Assembly (NCBI GenBank): GCA_030141605.1 | Contig: JAQGDQ010000004.1 | Span: forward strand, 434,001-498,000 | Length of the DNA: 64,000 nucleotides | DNA from: Tubiluchus corallicola | Lineage: Eukaryota; Animalia; Priapulida | Direction of reading: 5' to 3' | Shown here: positions 1 to 15,000 of the stretch, piece after piece | How positions within the stretch are numbered: position 1 is the stretch's first letter | Layout: the number at the start of each line of letters is the position of its first letter | The notes under the pieces: model-generated | Seen by the model: the letters and a program-made list of their open reading frames with translations, nothing else | Database searches by the model: none | What the model was told of the DNA's origin: nothing | Position numbers and translations under genes: made by a program

Positions 1-3000
1 GAGCCAAGGTCATTAACTGCTTGGTCATGTATCCATAAAAATTCGGAGATAAAAGGTATCCGCCTAGCTGTGGTGGGTGACCCACACAGGCGTCAAAACC
101 GCATGATACCAAAACAATGTCCGGGTCAAACTCATGAGCTATCGGCATCACAACAGTTCTGTAATTTAAACAAAGTACATATACATATAAATGTAATGTT
201 ATGCGTATGCATATGTATAAAAACCAATTACTTAATAAGAAAAACTAATAAGAACATAGACGTAAGCAGTGTTTACCAGACATCTGGAATATATTGTGCA
301 TTATTGAAAACCACCTTGTATTTGTTTTCAACAAACCCGTTTATCAGCCCTTGCATTATTGCATTATTTTTCTACAGCTATTCATATTAGGTTGTTTATA
401 AGCAGCTGGATGGGAAATAATGCATAACTTGTTCAAAATGCTGGCAAACTCTGCTACAACAAACAATATCAATTTAAAACAAAATTCTAGTAAATCATCT
501 TCTCCCAGAACTACAGTTAGTAGTATATAATCACGGAATATTTGCAATACCAGTTTGAAAGCTTTATTTATCTGGAAGAATGTAGATGGCAAACTGTGTA
601 AACTAGTTTCAGTCATCATTTAAAAACATTTATTAAAGTGCAAAAAATTGGCAAATAAAAAAGCAAATACAGAGGAAGTTAAACAGAATAATATTTGTTG
701 CTGAAGCTACATTCACTTTTTTATATAAATCTTATAAAGCAAGCGGCACAGTGAGTCTTTCTGTGGTAAATTAGTATACAACAATATGAATAATGGCAAT
801 GAAAATAGTTAACAATGATTTTACACATGCCTAATGTTTAATAGCAGTAAATGTTCCTCATATTAGGCTGGCACTGACAAAATTTTTGTTTTTTTCTATT
901 ATTTTTTTGAATTGGCAATGACAGACTGGATTATTGAATGTCTCACAAGTTGGATTCTTCTACAACACCCTGGGACAAATGTCTCTCTTTTGAAGTAAAT
1001 TACATGCTTTAAGTATTCATTGAGATGCAATAAAATTTAGAATTATTTATATCCTTGTCCATTAATTTCAAACCTGATTAATTCTATACATCACAAATGC
1101 ACTTACAACTTAAATTGTACATTGACTTAAACTAACTTAGCTTGCATACCTCACCAAAATTCAGATAAGCTTGTATAACTTGCAAGCCCAAAATATAAGT
1201 GCTTATTGGAAAAAGAATAAAAATTAACGTTTCTAAAAGGTACCTAATGATTTAAGCAATGCTAGGCAAGTATTTCAGCTAATAAAAATTAGTGTGATAC
1301 AGTATGTTGCTTAATTCTTACTACCGAACGATTGCAGAATCGTGGATGTTTTTCTACATGCGCTAACTAGTGCCATCTAGTGAGCAAATTCATACCTAAA
1401 AGCTGCTAAGTATTCTGCATCTGCCATAGGTGGATTGAGTGCTCCAGAAAATGCTATGTTTACATTAAAGCCAATACCATCGTCTATACCAGTCTGAAAA
1501 TATACCACCAAATTATAAGCAAAGCAAGAATTTCTTTACATTCTATATAAAAACTTAACGAATTTATCTTTTTTAAGTGTTTTGTTTTGGCTCTACCTGA
1601 ACTTTAGTAGGATGTGCTGCTATGGAACTTAAACACTAATTCTACCACACTAATTACCACTCTGTACTTTAGAATGCATATATTGCACAACAAACAGTAA
1701 AAAACATAAATACAATAAAAAAAATTACAGACGAAACAAAATGTACCCAAAGAATTATGAATAAATGAGCTGGAAAATTATAAAAATGTCTAGGGTTTTC
1801 GGTACGAGTTCTGATTTAATTATTATGACATACTTCAAATTTAATTCTTATTAATTTCAAAATATTGATAATTTCCAATTTGCAAAGTTCTGCTTCAATT
1901 CCTGGGCTAAACTCACATTTTCTTTATCAAATTGAAGACTATAAATTTGGCAGCAGTGACATAAAAATCAAGTAGTTGAAACTATTTCCTGTTTAACCCT
2001 TGCTTACTGGAGCTAGGATGCAGAACTAAACAAAACACTTTAGTAACTTACGCATCAAGCCACCAAGCAGCTGTTCTCCCGTGTTTATATGTCTATGTCT
2101 ATGGATGTCTTTATTATGCATGTGTTTGTGTCATTTGATGTTACACTCACGTTAATGACATTGGATATATACTTAGTAAAACATACTGGTATATTTCCCT
2201 CCTAGTACCAAGAAATACGTTGCAAATTTTCTCCTTTCATTGACATTATGTCAAAGTATACAAACACAATACTTCTATATTGCATATTTAAATTTGCAGC
2301 TTACTATTTTACCAAATGATTCCTATATCAGCCCTAAAAGGCTTAACATGGTAAAATCTATATTTTAATTATAAAAAGATTGAGTTTCTCTGAATGTTTT
2401 CACAAATATGCCAAATTATAATATAGCAATTTCCACCTATACATGGTATAAAACTTTATCAAGCAACAGTACAGACATGTGCAACAAAAGTTTAGGCAGA
2501 AAGAAGTTAAATAGTTTGCATGACACCAAGAATGAAATCAATTAAAACCATAAAAAGTCGACCAACCTTGCACAGCTTGCAACAAAATAATAAGTATCAC
2601 CGACAAACCTCTTCACAAGCTCCTGTTCCCGGAAAAAATCCTCCATCATCATGCCGATGTAATGAAATATAAAGAATGTGAGGATCATTGTATGTGATTT
2701 GCTGAGTACCGTTACCATGGTGAACATCCCAGTCAACAATTAAAATCTTCTCCAGCTGTAACCGTTGTTGCAACAACTTTGCGGCAATCGCTACGTTGTT
2801 GAAAAAGCAAAACCCCCTGAAAAAGTGTGTAACTGAGTGCCTTCCAGTCGTACAGAATTTCATGGTTCAGCGAAATATCGCTTTCATAGTAAAGCACGTG
2901 TCATTTTCAAAAAATATATTGCTGCACTTAATAGGGTAATCAGCTCAATGCTAATTACAACCAAATCACTGCAGAAAACAAGCAAACTGTTGCAGATGCT

Positions 3001-6000
3001 GACTAAGTAAGCATAAACGTCATACCAGAACAAAGTGAAAAGATAAATAGCATATAGGTGCAGCCTAAAGACAATGTATTTAGAAAACAAAATGAGAACA
3101 AATTGGTTGTAAATCTTTAAATTCATCTAGTAGAAAATACAGACAAATATTACGTACATGGCTTGCTGTATTTCAGCATGGTGGCCTGGTGGACGAACAA
3201 TGGCATAACCATTCTTGATTTCACCTGTGGCAACTTTCATTGATAGCTCAATAACTGTTCCAACAGCCTGAAACAAATAATGTGACAAGAAACAAAGAAA
3301 AAACTAGTGTCAAAATGTGATCTAATGACAAGAGAAAAAAAATAATAAAGATGGTGACATCTCAGCTACTGAGATGAAAAGTAATTTTTTATTCAATTTA
3401 ATGTTTACTTCAGAAAAGTGCAATAACCCGCAAATAACAAAATAACAATAATAAATAAAAGTGACAAATAAACTTTACACATGGAAGCATGGAAAAAAAC
3501 CATGCCCAGTATGTTAGTCTTTACTCATCAAAGTAACCAAACAGTCAAAAGATAACCTAACGCACATCAAAAGTGGGGCAACGATTAAATTAACTTTTCA
3601 CCAAACTTATACCATTCTAGCAACGGCTCCGGTATGCAGTTCGTTCCATACAGTGTCTGAGTCAACTCCCAGGCCCCCGCACGGCATAATTGCAAAACTT
3701 TTGATTGGTAACTCTGCAAGCTTTTCCGGATCAATCTTTTGTCTGTTGAGTGGATTTGTTCCGAATAATAATGTATGTGCTTCACTATGACAAGTCTGTA
3801 TCTCTTCCAGTGTTGCCTTCCTTGATCGAATGCGCTACCATAAAATGATCCAAAATATTAGTAATGCATGGGCTAGAATTAAGCATCTCCAAATTACAGA
3901 GTTCATTGCCAAATAGCAGGATACTTTTTGCTGACTACTAAAGGGAAACTAAACAAATTTAAGGAAGTATTACTGTTCTGGATTTAAGCTCAGTAAACTT
4001 TTTATGTTGTAAACGTGTTTACAGCCATTACAAAACCTATGCCAATAAAAAGTAATAAAATTGTTTCTGTAATATGCTACAAACAACTAAGTCTTAAGAT
4101 ACTCAAAGATGAAAAATTAAGACTCTGATGCCAAAATGTCTGCACCACATTCACATTTTCGAGAGACCTTGCATCTTGAAAAAATACTGTAAATAGTCGT
4201 TTTTTAAGATAATATATAAACTAACTTTACTTAGTTTTCATTTGCATCTAGTGGGTTTTCACTTTGAAAGGATAGGATGTTGATTAAATTTATCAAAATT
4301 TAAAATTCCATGAAACTGATTATAATCTGTAACTTTGTGGCCACACTATTAATGACGTGCACAGTTGTTTGACTGAGAAAGCTGATGTTTCTGACACAAA
4401 TCTTTGCTTATGATGTCGAAAACCAATTGTCAGTACACTACATTCTCACCTCACATCTCATGGCTAATCCCGTATCTTGTATCCGCTGCCAGATGTTCTG
4501 AAGGCGACCACCATGTTCAGGATGCACATAGAAGTTACCACACGTACACTGATGCTTTAACATCAAACTGTCATACCCTAATCCTAAACAACATGAACAA
4601 GCATTAAGTAATGCAGGTGTTATTAAAAAAATTGAAAATATCGGTGTATTTAATGTAACGCTTAGTGAAAGAGCTATTTGTATGCCACACTAAGTATAAT
4701 ATACAAATAGAATTGTTTACCTAAAAAATTGACCAAAAATATATGATGTAAACATATACATAGGAAAACAGCTACTTTATCCAATGGAAGTTCACAACCA
4801 CTGCAAATACCAAAAGCCTTTATCTCCAGGCATAGACCAAACCACACATTTTTTCCGAATGTACAAGTAAAACAACAAAAACAAACACAATAAACACTTA
4901 CCTGTGGTATATTTATAAACTGTAGAACTCTCTTGTACTGAGGATGAGGTTGGAATGTTGAAAGCTGCTATTGGACTAGAAAATGCTCTTGTTACTGGCT
5001 TAGGAATGGGAACTAAAATAAAGAAACACCCAAATTAATTAAATAAATTTTTTCATAAAATATTATCACATCTGATATGTGAACAGGAAGTAAATTTTCA
5101 CAACAGTATTAAATAATCAAATTTTTTGCTACTGCACGTTCATCAAAAAATTCAGATGAGTTTCAGTTTACTTGCCTATATCTAGTAAAATGTAGAAGTC
5201 ATGCACACATTGTTCTGCAACCTGAATTCTACTGATATTGTACTTGCATAGATATTAATAACCAATAAAAAATGGCACAGTATAAAATAAAACTGGAAAT
5301 CAAATAACAGAGTACTGATGGCCAACAAACCTCAATTATGCTTAGATTAGAAGCAAAATATAACGAAAATAAAAAAGAAGCTATACCCAGTGTAAATGCC
5401 TTACCATCATGTCCATATTTAAGACGAATAAGCTCCCGCTGCTGCTGCAATGTTGTTACTAATTCTTGTTGGGCTAGCAAGTCTGCCCCACCCTCCCCAA
5501 GAACGTGCGGGATTTCACTAACATTAGCTGGAGCCTCTTCCTCATCCAAATTTTCCGACACTGCTTGCTGCTGTTTCTTATTTGATGATTTTGATAATAT
5601 AGCTTGCCTGATATGCTACAAAAACAAAGCAATTATATATAAATGCATTAGCTAACAAACTGATAGTGAGATAATAATAAAGAAAAGGTCTTAAACAACC
5701 AATAAGTAATTTATCACCAAGCTCCACACTTACCATAGTCTGATTATCGTTATTATTTACAGAGTTCAAATCTTTGAAAATGTATTTTTATGAATTACAG
5801 CTCTCTGAAAACTAGTAAGCATGAACCTGAAGGACCTATTTAATGTAGCTGCATACTCACTGTAGTGCATAGAAAATTTCAAAGATGATCCACCTGACCC
5901 GAGATACTGAATTGACGAAAGTGCCTTAGCCACACTTTACGCTCCCCCAATGAGGTAAATAGCAGCGGGCCAAGGTAATTTTATAACTATTATATAGACT

Positions 6001-9000
6001 TATAGCCCAGGGCAAATGCGCATTCTATAGCTTGGTGCCATTATTCTAAGCTCGTACGATAATAATGGCTACCGCTATACACGGATAATTCTTAGATAGA
6101 AAATGGCAATAAAATCAAAAAGAATATGTCATCAAGAAGTTTTATTTCCAGATGCAAAGCAGACACACAAACACTTACTAAACGTTTGAGCATTTGCTGT
6201 TTTTCATACAAAGCTTTTTCCTGCAAGTACTGCTCGTGCTGATGTGGCTGTATGAAAACATTTTGTTGCTGATGTTGCAAAAGAGGATGTTGAAGAGGCA
6301 GAGGTGCCGAGTGAGTCCGAGAGAGTGGCTTCAAGCCAGACCTACAAATAAAATTGGCAAACACATGCATAAATAAGTGGCGAAGACAGCTAACTACCAT
6401 AAAATGCCAGTTTCACACAAATGAGACCAGTTGAACAGTATACAAATTTTGGAAGAACATACATTTATTAATACATCACAACTGTGTATGTATCACACTG
6501 TTGTAATAACTGTCTGTCTCAACTCATTTTTAACAAGTCCATACATGCCTACAATAGTTAAAAAGTAGTAATACTATAAGAAAAATATGACAAAATGAAA
6601 GAAAACACATTGTACAGTTATATACAAAAAATGAACAAAAAACAATCGGTTGTCAAAGCCATTGGGTTTTAGAACTGAATTGGGCCAAACTGTTCCAATT
6701 CAGCTGCTGAGAATCTTTTTTTGTTATTCATTTCATATCCCATCATACTAAAACTGACACAATTGGTTGTTGTTTTCTTACATCTGATATCAGAGTGAAA
6801 GATGCTAAATCATAATTTATACTGACACAGAACCATGCACACCCTTTCTAAACTTAAGAGCTAAAGCAGATTCAGTAGTACACAATAGTACATTAAAATA
6901 TAGGCAAAATTTCACTGATGCATAAGGACAATGTTAGTAATATTAATAATTCATCAATCTCAATTAAATCATGGAAATCGTTACTAATAATAATGCAAGC
7001 ACAAACCTCTGCAGCTGCGCTTTCAGTGTTGGAGATTCTCCATAACCACACGGGTGAAGTATGGGTGGACTGAGTTGAGTATAGACTGGGCTACCGGGAG
7101 GTGTAATGTCACCCTCTGAAAGAAAACACATCATTGGGCATAAAAATTAATAATGTTTTTGATGACAGAGAAAAATTGTTTTAAATTTCTCTAGCATGCG
7201 CATCTAACGTGTGTCCCATAATCATGTCAAAGACAAAATGCAAAAATGAGAAACATGATTTCATAACTAATGCATTTAAACTTTCTTATTCTGTGTCTTT
7301 TTTGAATTTTATAATCATAAATGTATATAATAATATTTATTTAAAGACTTTTCATTTCAAAAAATGGTGCAAGCCTGCTGCAAGGCTTTTATTGACGACT
7401 TTCTGCTTCAGAACAATGCATACGACATTAACACATACAGGAGTGTTGTTTATTTTAATATTGGTCTCTCCCTTTCCAGTATTACATTTATTTTTTCCAA
7501 GACGCATCTCAATTTTTCTTGAGCTGTTTGTTCAGTTTATTGTAAAATTTGGGTGAATGGGTTCGGGAAAATGCTGGAAACTATGGGCTTCTTATGAAAC
7601 TTAATTATGCCTACAACTCTCACTGCTAAATGGGCCACTCAACTATTATTAGCATAACCTCTGGGTACTTTCCCATCTCAAACTAAAGACTACAAATTAT
7701 GTGAAAAAACAAGCCAAAATTTTTTCACCACCAATTCTTCTCACTAGCCCCGATTAGAAATATAAACCAAAAATATGACTGCACTAGATCAAGACCTTTT
7801 GTTAGACATAGACAGATGAGTCGTTGAAGCTGTAGCTGCAGCAGGTGAGTTACACAAGCACAATAGAATGGTGATGTGGAGTATTATATGGGGCTTAACC
7901 AATGGGATATTTTATCATAAGCTTGACTCGTTCATGGATGTTAATAGGTGCTATAGCTAGACATCAGGATGGTTAATTTCATTTAATTAGAAGCAAGAAT
8001 ACATCAGCTTGAACAGCTGATAGTCATCTTGGATGCCACCTTGAATTTTAAATGGCTTTTTAAAAATATGACACCATATTTTGTTGCAATTTATGCAAGC
8101 TTAAAAATAATGTGTAGATCAAATATCACCACGAATTTCTCACGGGACAAAAATGCTACATAAGCTGCTAAAAACACTAAAAAACTGGCAATAAGACATT
8201 CGTGCTTAGGAAATACAATGACAGACTGAGTATAAAAGTAGTTTCATTACACAACTTCTGCTTTATGAGATCATTACCTGGTAAAGATGGATAGTAGGCC
8301 CAACTGCTTGGTATAACATGTGAAGTAAGTGGGAGTCCGTATCGAGCTGTAGCAATAGCTCTTCTTTCAGCTTCAGCATTAATATCTGATGGAGCCTGTA
8401 GCAGAAATAATAAGTAGAAAGCAAATATAATAAATTCATGTGCATATAAACACAGGCAACTTAAAAAAGGTGAGGGAGTTATCTAACTGGTCACAGTGAG
8501 CTTGTCTCTAAAGCTAAAAAATGTCAGGCCCAGTTAGTAAATAGATGGGCGATTGTCAAGAATGCTGCTTTTGAGTGATTTTATTTGTTATACCCCAGGT
8601 TCCATTTTCATTGAATTAAAAAATAAGAAGGCTATACCCTGAACAAAGGGTTAACAAACTGTCTCTCTATACAAAAAGCAGTTATATCTTATCTAAATAA
8701 GTTATAGCGGTTGTGAAAGAAGAACGGTGCAATTTTAAAATAATTATTATGTAAAAATATTTTTATATTCATTTGGAAATAATTTTGCAGCAAATTTTAT
8801 GCACGAATTCAGTATGATAAATAAAAAAAATTTGAACTGATTAGTTTTTTAAAGATTTGGAAAGATTCTAAAATTCTGCTTAATACCTTGCACGGTTATC
8901 AAATTGGAGCTGTAAAGTTTTTTAAAGCTAATTTTATCACTATAACATAAGCAAACAAGAAGGTTTGTAAATAAATTTACTGAAACACAACGCAAACTAA

Positions 9001-12000
9001 CCTTCGATTTTATAAGTTTATAAGCTGAGAAACTTAAAAACTTAAATCTATAATACCGGAATTTTAGCTTGAACAGTCAAAGCAACACAATTTTATAGTA
9101 TCTCTACTGATACTAATATAAATTTTGGTTTTTGCAGTCCTCATCTACATATTTTTAGTGATTACATTGCTTATTTAGATGTAAACTTTTGAAAATTTAC
9201 AATTTACAAAAAACAACAATTAAACATACAATTTTAACAAATTAAAATGACAATAATTTGGAAGAATTTTGTTTATTGACACATGAAAATGTGAAACAGC
9301 TTTCAGTACATATTGGAGTTAATGCAAATTCATAATTATTAACTCATATATAAATGCATTAATTGGTATCAAACAGAAGAATGTACACTGCAGTTTCTAA
9401 AATCAGTAATTAAATATTATCTTAAGGCGCCAACCATCTATTAACTATTAATTTATTAATTATATGATACAAGAACAGCTAACTATACATCCTATTAGTT
9501 GGCATGTTCTTTTTATTCTTTTCTCAATCAAGCTGTTTCCGTAAAGACAAACAACATATTATATTTTCTACAGTACAGCGTCTCTGCACTTGCCTAGAAA
9601 TTTAAAATTAGTAGTAGATAAATAAATTCAAAATCAGTTTACAGCTCAACACAAGCTCAAACACGTATAGAAATCGCAAAAAATGCTCGCGAAAGTTTCT
9701 GTCGTAAAAACAGCATATCATACGAATTACAATATGGAGAGAATCCCTTAATTAGGCGGCGTGTTAAAACGGAACACGCGCAATTTAGCGTTATATAGGA
9801 TAAGGTAAACTTTGCCATTAGCTGTAAAAACCCCGACTGCCTTTGAAAATTCGCTGAATGAAAAACATCTGGTCGAATTGAAGGCCGATTTAAAACTTCG
9901 GATTCAGTTTCAAAAGAATTTTTCCTCCCAACAATATTTATACATGCCAAAGATCGAGATGCAAGGTTGAAATCAGACTTTTAGCATTCAAAGTGGGACA
10001 CTGGCTTCTGTCAGTAGTTACAAAGTTATTACTTGACCCAATCACAAATTTCATAGCAACGAATTCCAATTTTTGACAACTTGCATCTTTCTTCTATAAA
10101 ATATTTAAAAGGCCTTTCACATTAAAAAATGAAAGAAGTTAACGACATATATAAGTTACTGGGCAATGCATATGCAAGCAGATCACACAATATAAAAACA
10201 AATTAATGTGACAATAGCATAAAAACCACAAAGCAAGATTTATGAAACACTGTCAAAAATGAGAAGATCTGTAAGAAAGTTCAGAGTTTTCAATGTTATC
10301 GTTATACTAAAGTACTAAAAGTATTACAAAAATGCAAAATGCAAGAATGAACAAGCTAAAGTGACACTGACAGGTATTACAATTGGCATATTCAGATGGA
10401 ATACCTGCCCAAAGCCACTTGGGTGCGCCAAAACTTTTTTGAGAGATAAATCAGCAGCTACACCAACATTCTTCTCTTGACACCACACATTTAACTCGTA
10501 TTTGCAAAAAATGACATCAAGTCGCCAAACAAATCATTATAAAAAAGGCAAGTTCATTTTCAAGAAATGCCAACCTGTTTATAAATATATATAATCAGCA
10601 GATGACACCACTTTGTAAAAACACGAAAAATGATTTCGCATAAAAACAAGCAATTTATCTATAGGAGTCCAGTTTGACGGAGAAAAATATTTAACAAACT
10701 TCCTTGATGCTGAGTTATTGTACTGCTTCAGCCTATCAAATTTGTAATGAGAAAACAAAACTCCCAGTGCCATTTGAATATATGCAAGAAGAATTGTGTC
10801 TTTGCCTGAATTTTAAGACATTTTTGGAATTAATATATGAATTGCTACTACTTAACTTTGTAAACGAATGTCGAAAGCTTGCTAGTACTAGTCATATTTT
10901 CAATTATTTTAAAACGTGCAATAACTTGACAGGACCTGCTAATTTTAACACTACTAAAAGAGTGTTCAGAAATTACCTAGAGAACAGCACAAAACTGCAT
11001 ACGACATATTAAACAAATGATATTGTTTGACGTACCAAAGCAACACGTATTTACTGTATTTTCAAAGAGTGCCATTGTTTCTGGTTTAAACAGTTATAAA
11101 TAGATTGACAAAAGTAATATTGCATTTGTAGATTTAATAACGCAAAGAAGCAATATCCGGTAAGTGCTAACAAGAATTGCAAGCTGTGTTATACATGCAG
11201 CTTTGACAAAAAGTAGTTAGTATTTAATTTGTGTTATAATAACGATGCCGTCGACATGTAGATTTATAATGCCTGTCGTAATTGGGCAACCAACAAAAAT
11301 GAACAAATGATGACAGTTAAGTACATAAAAAAACAAAAAGAATGCCTATTGTAATAAGACAAATGATAAATGTCATACAGCAAGTAAAACACATAAACAA
11401 TTAAAAATAATGTCCTTATGTTGAATCCAGCCTAGGAGGCAACTCAGGCAAGTGACAAGTTTATGCACAGGACTGACGACACTCTCCCTCGAGGAATGTG
11501 CTATATATACTTGTAGAACGTTATTATCAGCTTATACAACTTTGAAATGTCTCTGCCTGTTATAGCTACAATCGATACTCCTAATAACATGCTTAGAAGC
11601 GGAAACCACACATTACATTGAAAGGTGCTGATAAATAATCACTGCAGAAAATCAGCGGAAGTTGATTAAAAAACAAAATGTGTTAATACATTGGTTTAAA
11701 TGTAATCAGCCTTGCACTAACTTTGCTAATCTTCATAAAATTGATTTTAAATTGACTAAAAGCAAATGTTTAAATTCCTGCTGTCACGTTTAAAATACGT
11801 TCAGGAGAAATATTTTGGTCACATAATATGCACTAATCTAAGCAATAACTCTGTGACATTCAAAACCAGGCTAATTTTTTTAATATACGGATTAACTCTT
11901 TAATAAAAAAATTTCTATTGTTCTCAGATGATATTGAAATCATGTCATTTAAGAGTTACTGCTGGAACGTTTACTGTATTGCCTTTATGGACTAATTATA

Positions 12001-15000
12001 GTAAAAGTGTGATAAATAGACTGCGTGCTGCTGCTGTACTGTAGACAACAATGGTATCAGAAAACTGTTTTGCTTAAAGTATGATTGTAATGCCTCTGGC
12101 ATGTTAGTAAACCAATCTTTATCCCCATTTTAGTCACATTCGAAGAAGATCATGTAGCATTTACAACAGGTTATTACTACACACTGGCAATGGTATTATA
12201 ACTGCTGTTGTTCACTCGCATATAGACTTGTCAGCTCCTGCTTTTTTATGAAATGGAATGAAATATTACATTAGTTTCTAAAATTTATTTAGTTCTTAAT
12301 TTACTAACCCTGTATTTACTTTTTAATCTTGCATTTTTTATTTCATTTTAGTTCTGTATTTGTATTTCATATGGTCTTGGTTACCAGAATAAAAATTTGA
12401 ATTGAATTACGATTTTGAGTTATTTTCATTAACCTATAATCTTGAAATTAATATTATATGCAAATAAATATTTGCATAAAACGTTAGTTTTCTCTGATTA
12501 AAAATATCACGCTGCACATTCTACTACACACAATTGTTGAGTAGTGTATGTAGTGTTTTTTAATTAAAATTTAAAAATGGAACATAATTCTTGGTATTCA
12601 GTAGTAAGTATGTTCCAGCGGTGCTGTTAAAAATTTACAGCATTAGCAACATTGTTTATGGCTCCGCGAAGAAATTACTTATTAACCCTCCAAGAATAGA
12701 AGCAACGTTAATTATTAATCTCCAAGCTTCGAAAATGCCATATCGGTTACTAATAAACGCTGCCTTCAAAGAATTCTGCGGCTGTTGCCACTATTATTAA
12801 TGAAGCAAACAAAAAAGCAAGTGAGTGCAGGAAACAGGTTGAGATACAACGCGACCCACTTCCGGTTTTGACGGTTTCAAAAGAAAATGTTGAATTTATT
12901 AATAGCTACAGCAGCTGCGCAAAATCCTGTTGCAACACAGAGCGGCTGCAAATAACTGAATTGCTTTTAGAGAACTCTCACTAGCACTCCGCGTCTCCTG
13001 TCTTACTATAAATAAATATATACGGCTATAAATACGCCAGTTTAAGAGGAAACACGAAAACGAAACAGAGGCGGCTTAGTCAGTTAACTCTGCTGTACAG
13101 GGCAGAGAAGACAGCATTAAATGCAACTCAACTGCACAGCCTCCCAAAGGGAAACTGCTGCGTGTCCTCCATCCAAAATCATTTTAAAAATTGTGTTTTG
13201 TTTTGGTGAATAACTGGCACTTTGTCCACACCTGTGTCAAACCTTCTGATAAATTATCATTTTGAAAATCCAGTAAATTCTCGAAAAAGGCGCTCAAGTC
13301 CTGCGCCCAAGTTTCGAAACTAAAATGTCATTATTAATATATACAAAAAAACCACAGGAGCTAGCTACTCTCACTTTCGAAAGCTAAGTGAGCTAAGGTA
13401 CCAGCATATTCTGGTTTCTGCATGTCACGTTAAAACTGCCTACTTTTATTGTACTTTTATTTACTCTTGTCTAATCAGTTATACTATACTACAATTTTAT
13501 CAATGAACTACTGCTACTGAAACTAAATGAATTGTTTTTGATATCTGTGGGCTATAGTAACAGATGTAATTTCTTACTGTGCCACATTAAAATGTGTCTG
13601 AAAAATCATGCTCATTTTATCAATTAGAAATTAAAGCTCTGACCTCATTATTATAAATGGAAAAAGTGTTTAAAGGTTATTTTTACACTTAAATAAATTT
13701 AGGGCTACCCGGCATTTCTTTCCCAATGGCTAAACAAGAAATCTCTGAGAAGCACTAGGTTTTCAGGTTGCTACAATAATAATCCAGGCACTATGGTTAC
13801 TATGACAACAAGATTAGTACATAAATAGCCTAGACCCACTGGCAATTTTACTGTACAACTGAGTGAATTTAGTTATGTCATTTATTAACCAGTGCCTAAA
13901 TTCTGAAAAAAAACAACAGATTTTTATTATACATTTTACGTACAATACTCAATGTTTTGCATTTAGGAAGTGTTTGCTTATATTTTAGTTTATGAATCAA
14001 CTGACTTTGTTATACTTTATAATGTTACCTTTTTGCATTATAGCAAGTGTTATTTTAAATTCGTTTGTGGTATAGTGCTAACCATTACTATTTTTCATAA
14101 ACCTGCAACGAATTGAATTTTTCAAACTGTAGTTAAACATCTTATCATACATTATTTTTTTTGTGACTTAATATTGTTTTGAAATCGGCAAGCAACAAAA
14201 GTTAACCGGCAACACAGTACCTTCAGTTTGCTGTTTTTATAATACCAATTTTAGATTCATGAATATAGACCAAGTTGCTTATATGTAAAGGTCAATATGA
14301 GAAATCTATACAGCTTCCTTTTGTCTGCCAGAGCCTGCAGCATCGCCATTAAGCAGATTATAGATTCAAAAATTTCCCTTAATTCTAAACCTTCCTTTTA
14401 CGTAACAAGAATTACTAGATGACGTTAAGTATAACAAACATAGCAACCTGGGGATAATAATACGAATAGCCAGGGTTATATAACCCACATCTAAATTTTC
14501 TCAAAGCTACCTGATAATTATAGCAACAGCGTCACTAGATGACGTAAAATGCAGCAAATTTAGTAACACCATCTTTAGAACATTGCTGATGATGATAATA
14601 ATAATAGCATGACCTTTAAAAGAAGCTTGCAGATAATATTAGCAACAATCTTTAAAGGGAAAAGACGAAACGAAAATAGAAACAACCTTTTAAGAATAAA
14701 TGGGAGGAGAAATAGAAACATCGAGTACTTATTAATTACGGTCCGTGCCAGTTATGACTCTTTCTCAGAAAAGCACCCAATTTAGTCATTGCCAACAATT
14801 CTAGATTGCACTGTGGAAAAACACGAGAAGAATCAATTACCTGCTCGTTCATTACACAAGTACATTGCATTTATTTAAATTTTATGCATATTTTGAAATT
14901 AGCTATTGTCTATTGTCATATGGACATGTCCTTCCACACAAAAATGCAATATTTTAGCTGCCACAGTTACAAATCTTATCTAAACCTTAATTAACTTTAG

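Noticed and set aside
1997-2342. piggyBac-like MITE (TTAA-CCCTT ... AAGGC-TTAA)
   Set aside because: The TIR match is too short and degenerate to call.
5338-5655. Plus-strand 105-aa ORF (similar cases at 70-390, 6194-6376, 28564-28806, 33873-34070)
   Set aside because: These are antisense shadows of real HDAC or RETREG exons with no independent protein signal.
5861-5906. Possible 46-nt poison exon in an HDAC intron with a strong GTGAGT donor
   Set aside because: The acceptor is weak, the context is repeat-like, and there is no support without RNA data.
10704-11012. 102-aa ORF as a nested gene in the large HDAC intron
   Set aside because: It has no recognisable domain, an AT-driven composition and no splice partners.
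11420-11530. SINE- or tRNA-like fragment
   Set aside because: There is no cloverleaf and no complete A/B boxes; only a vague tail resemblance.
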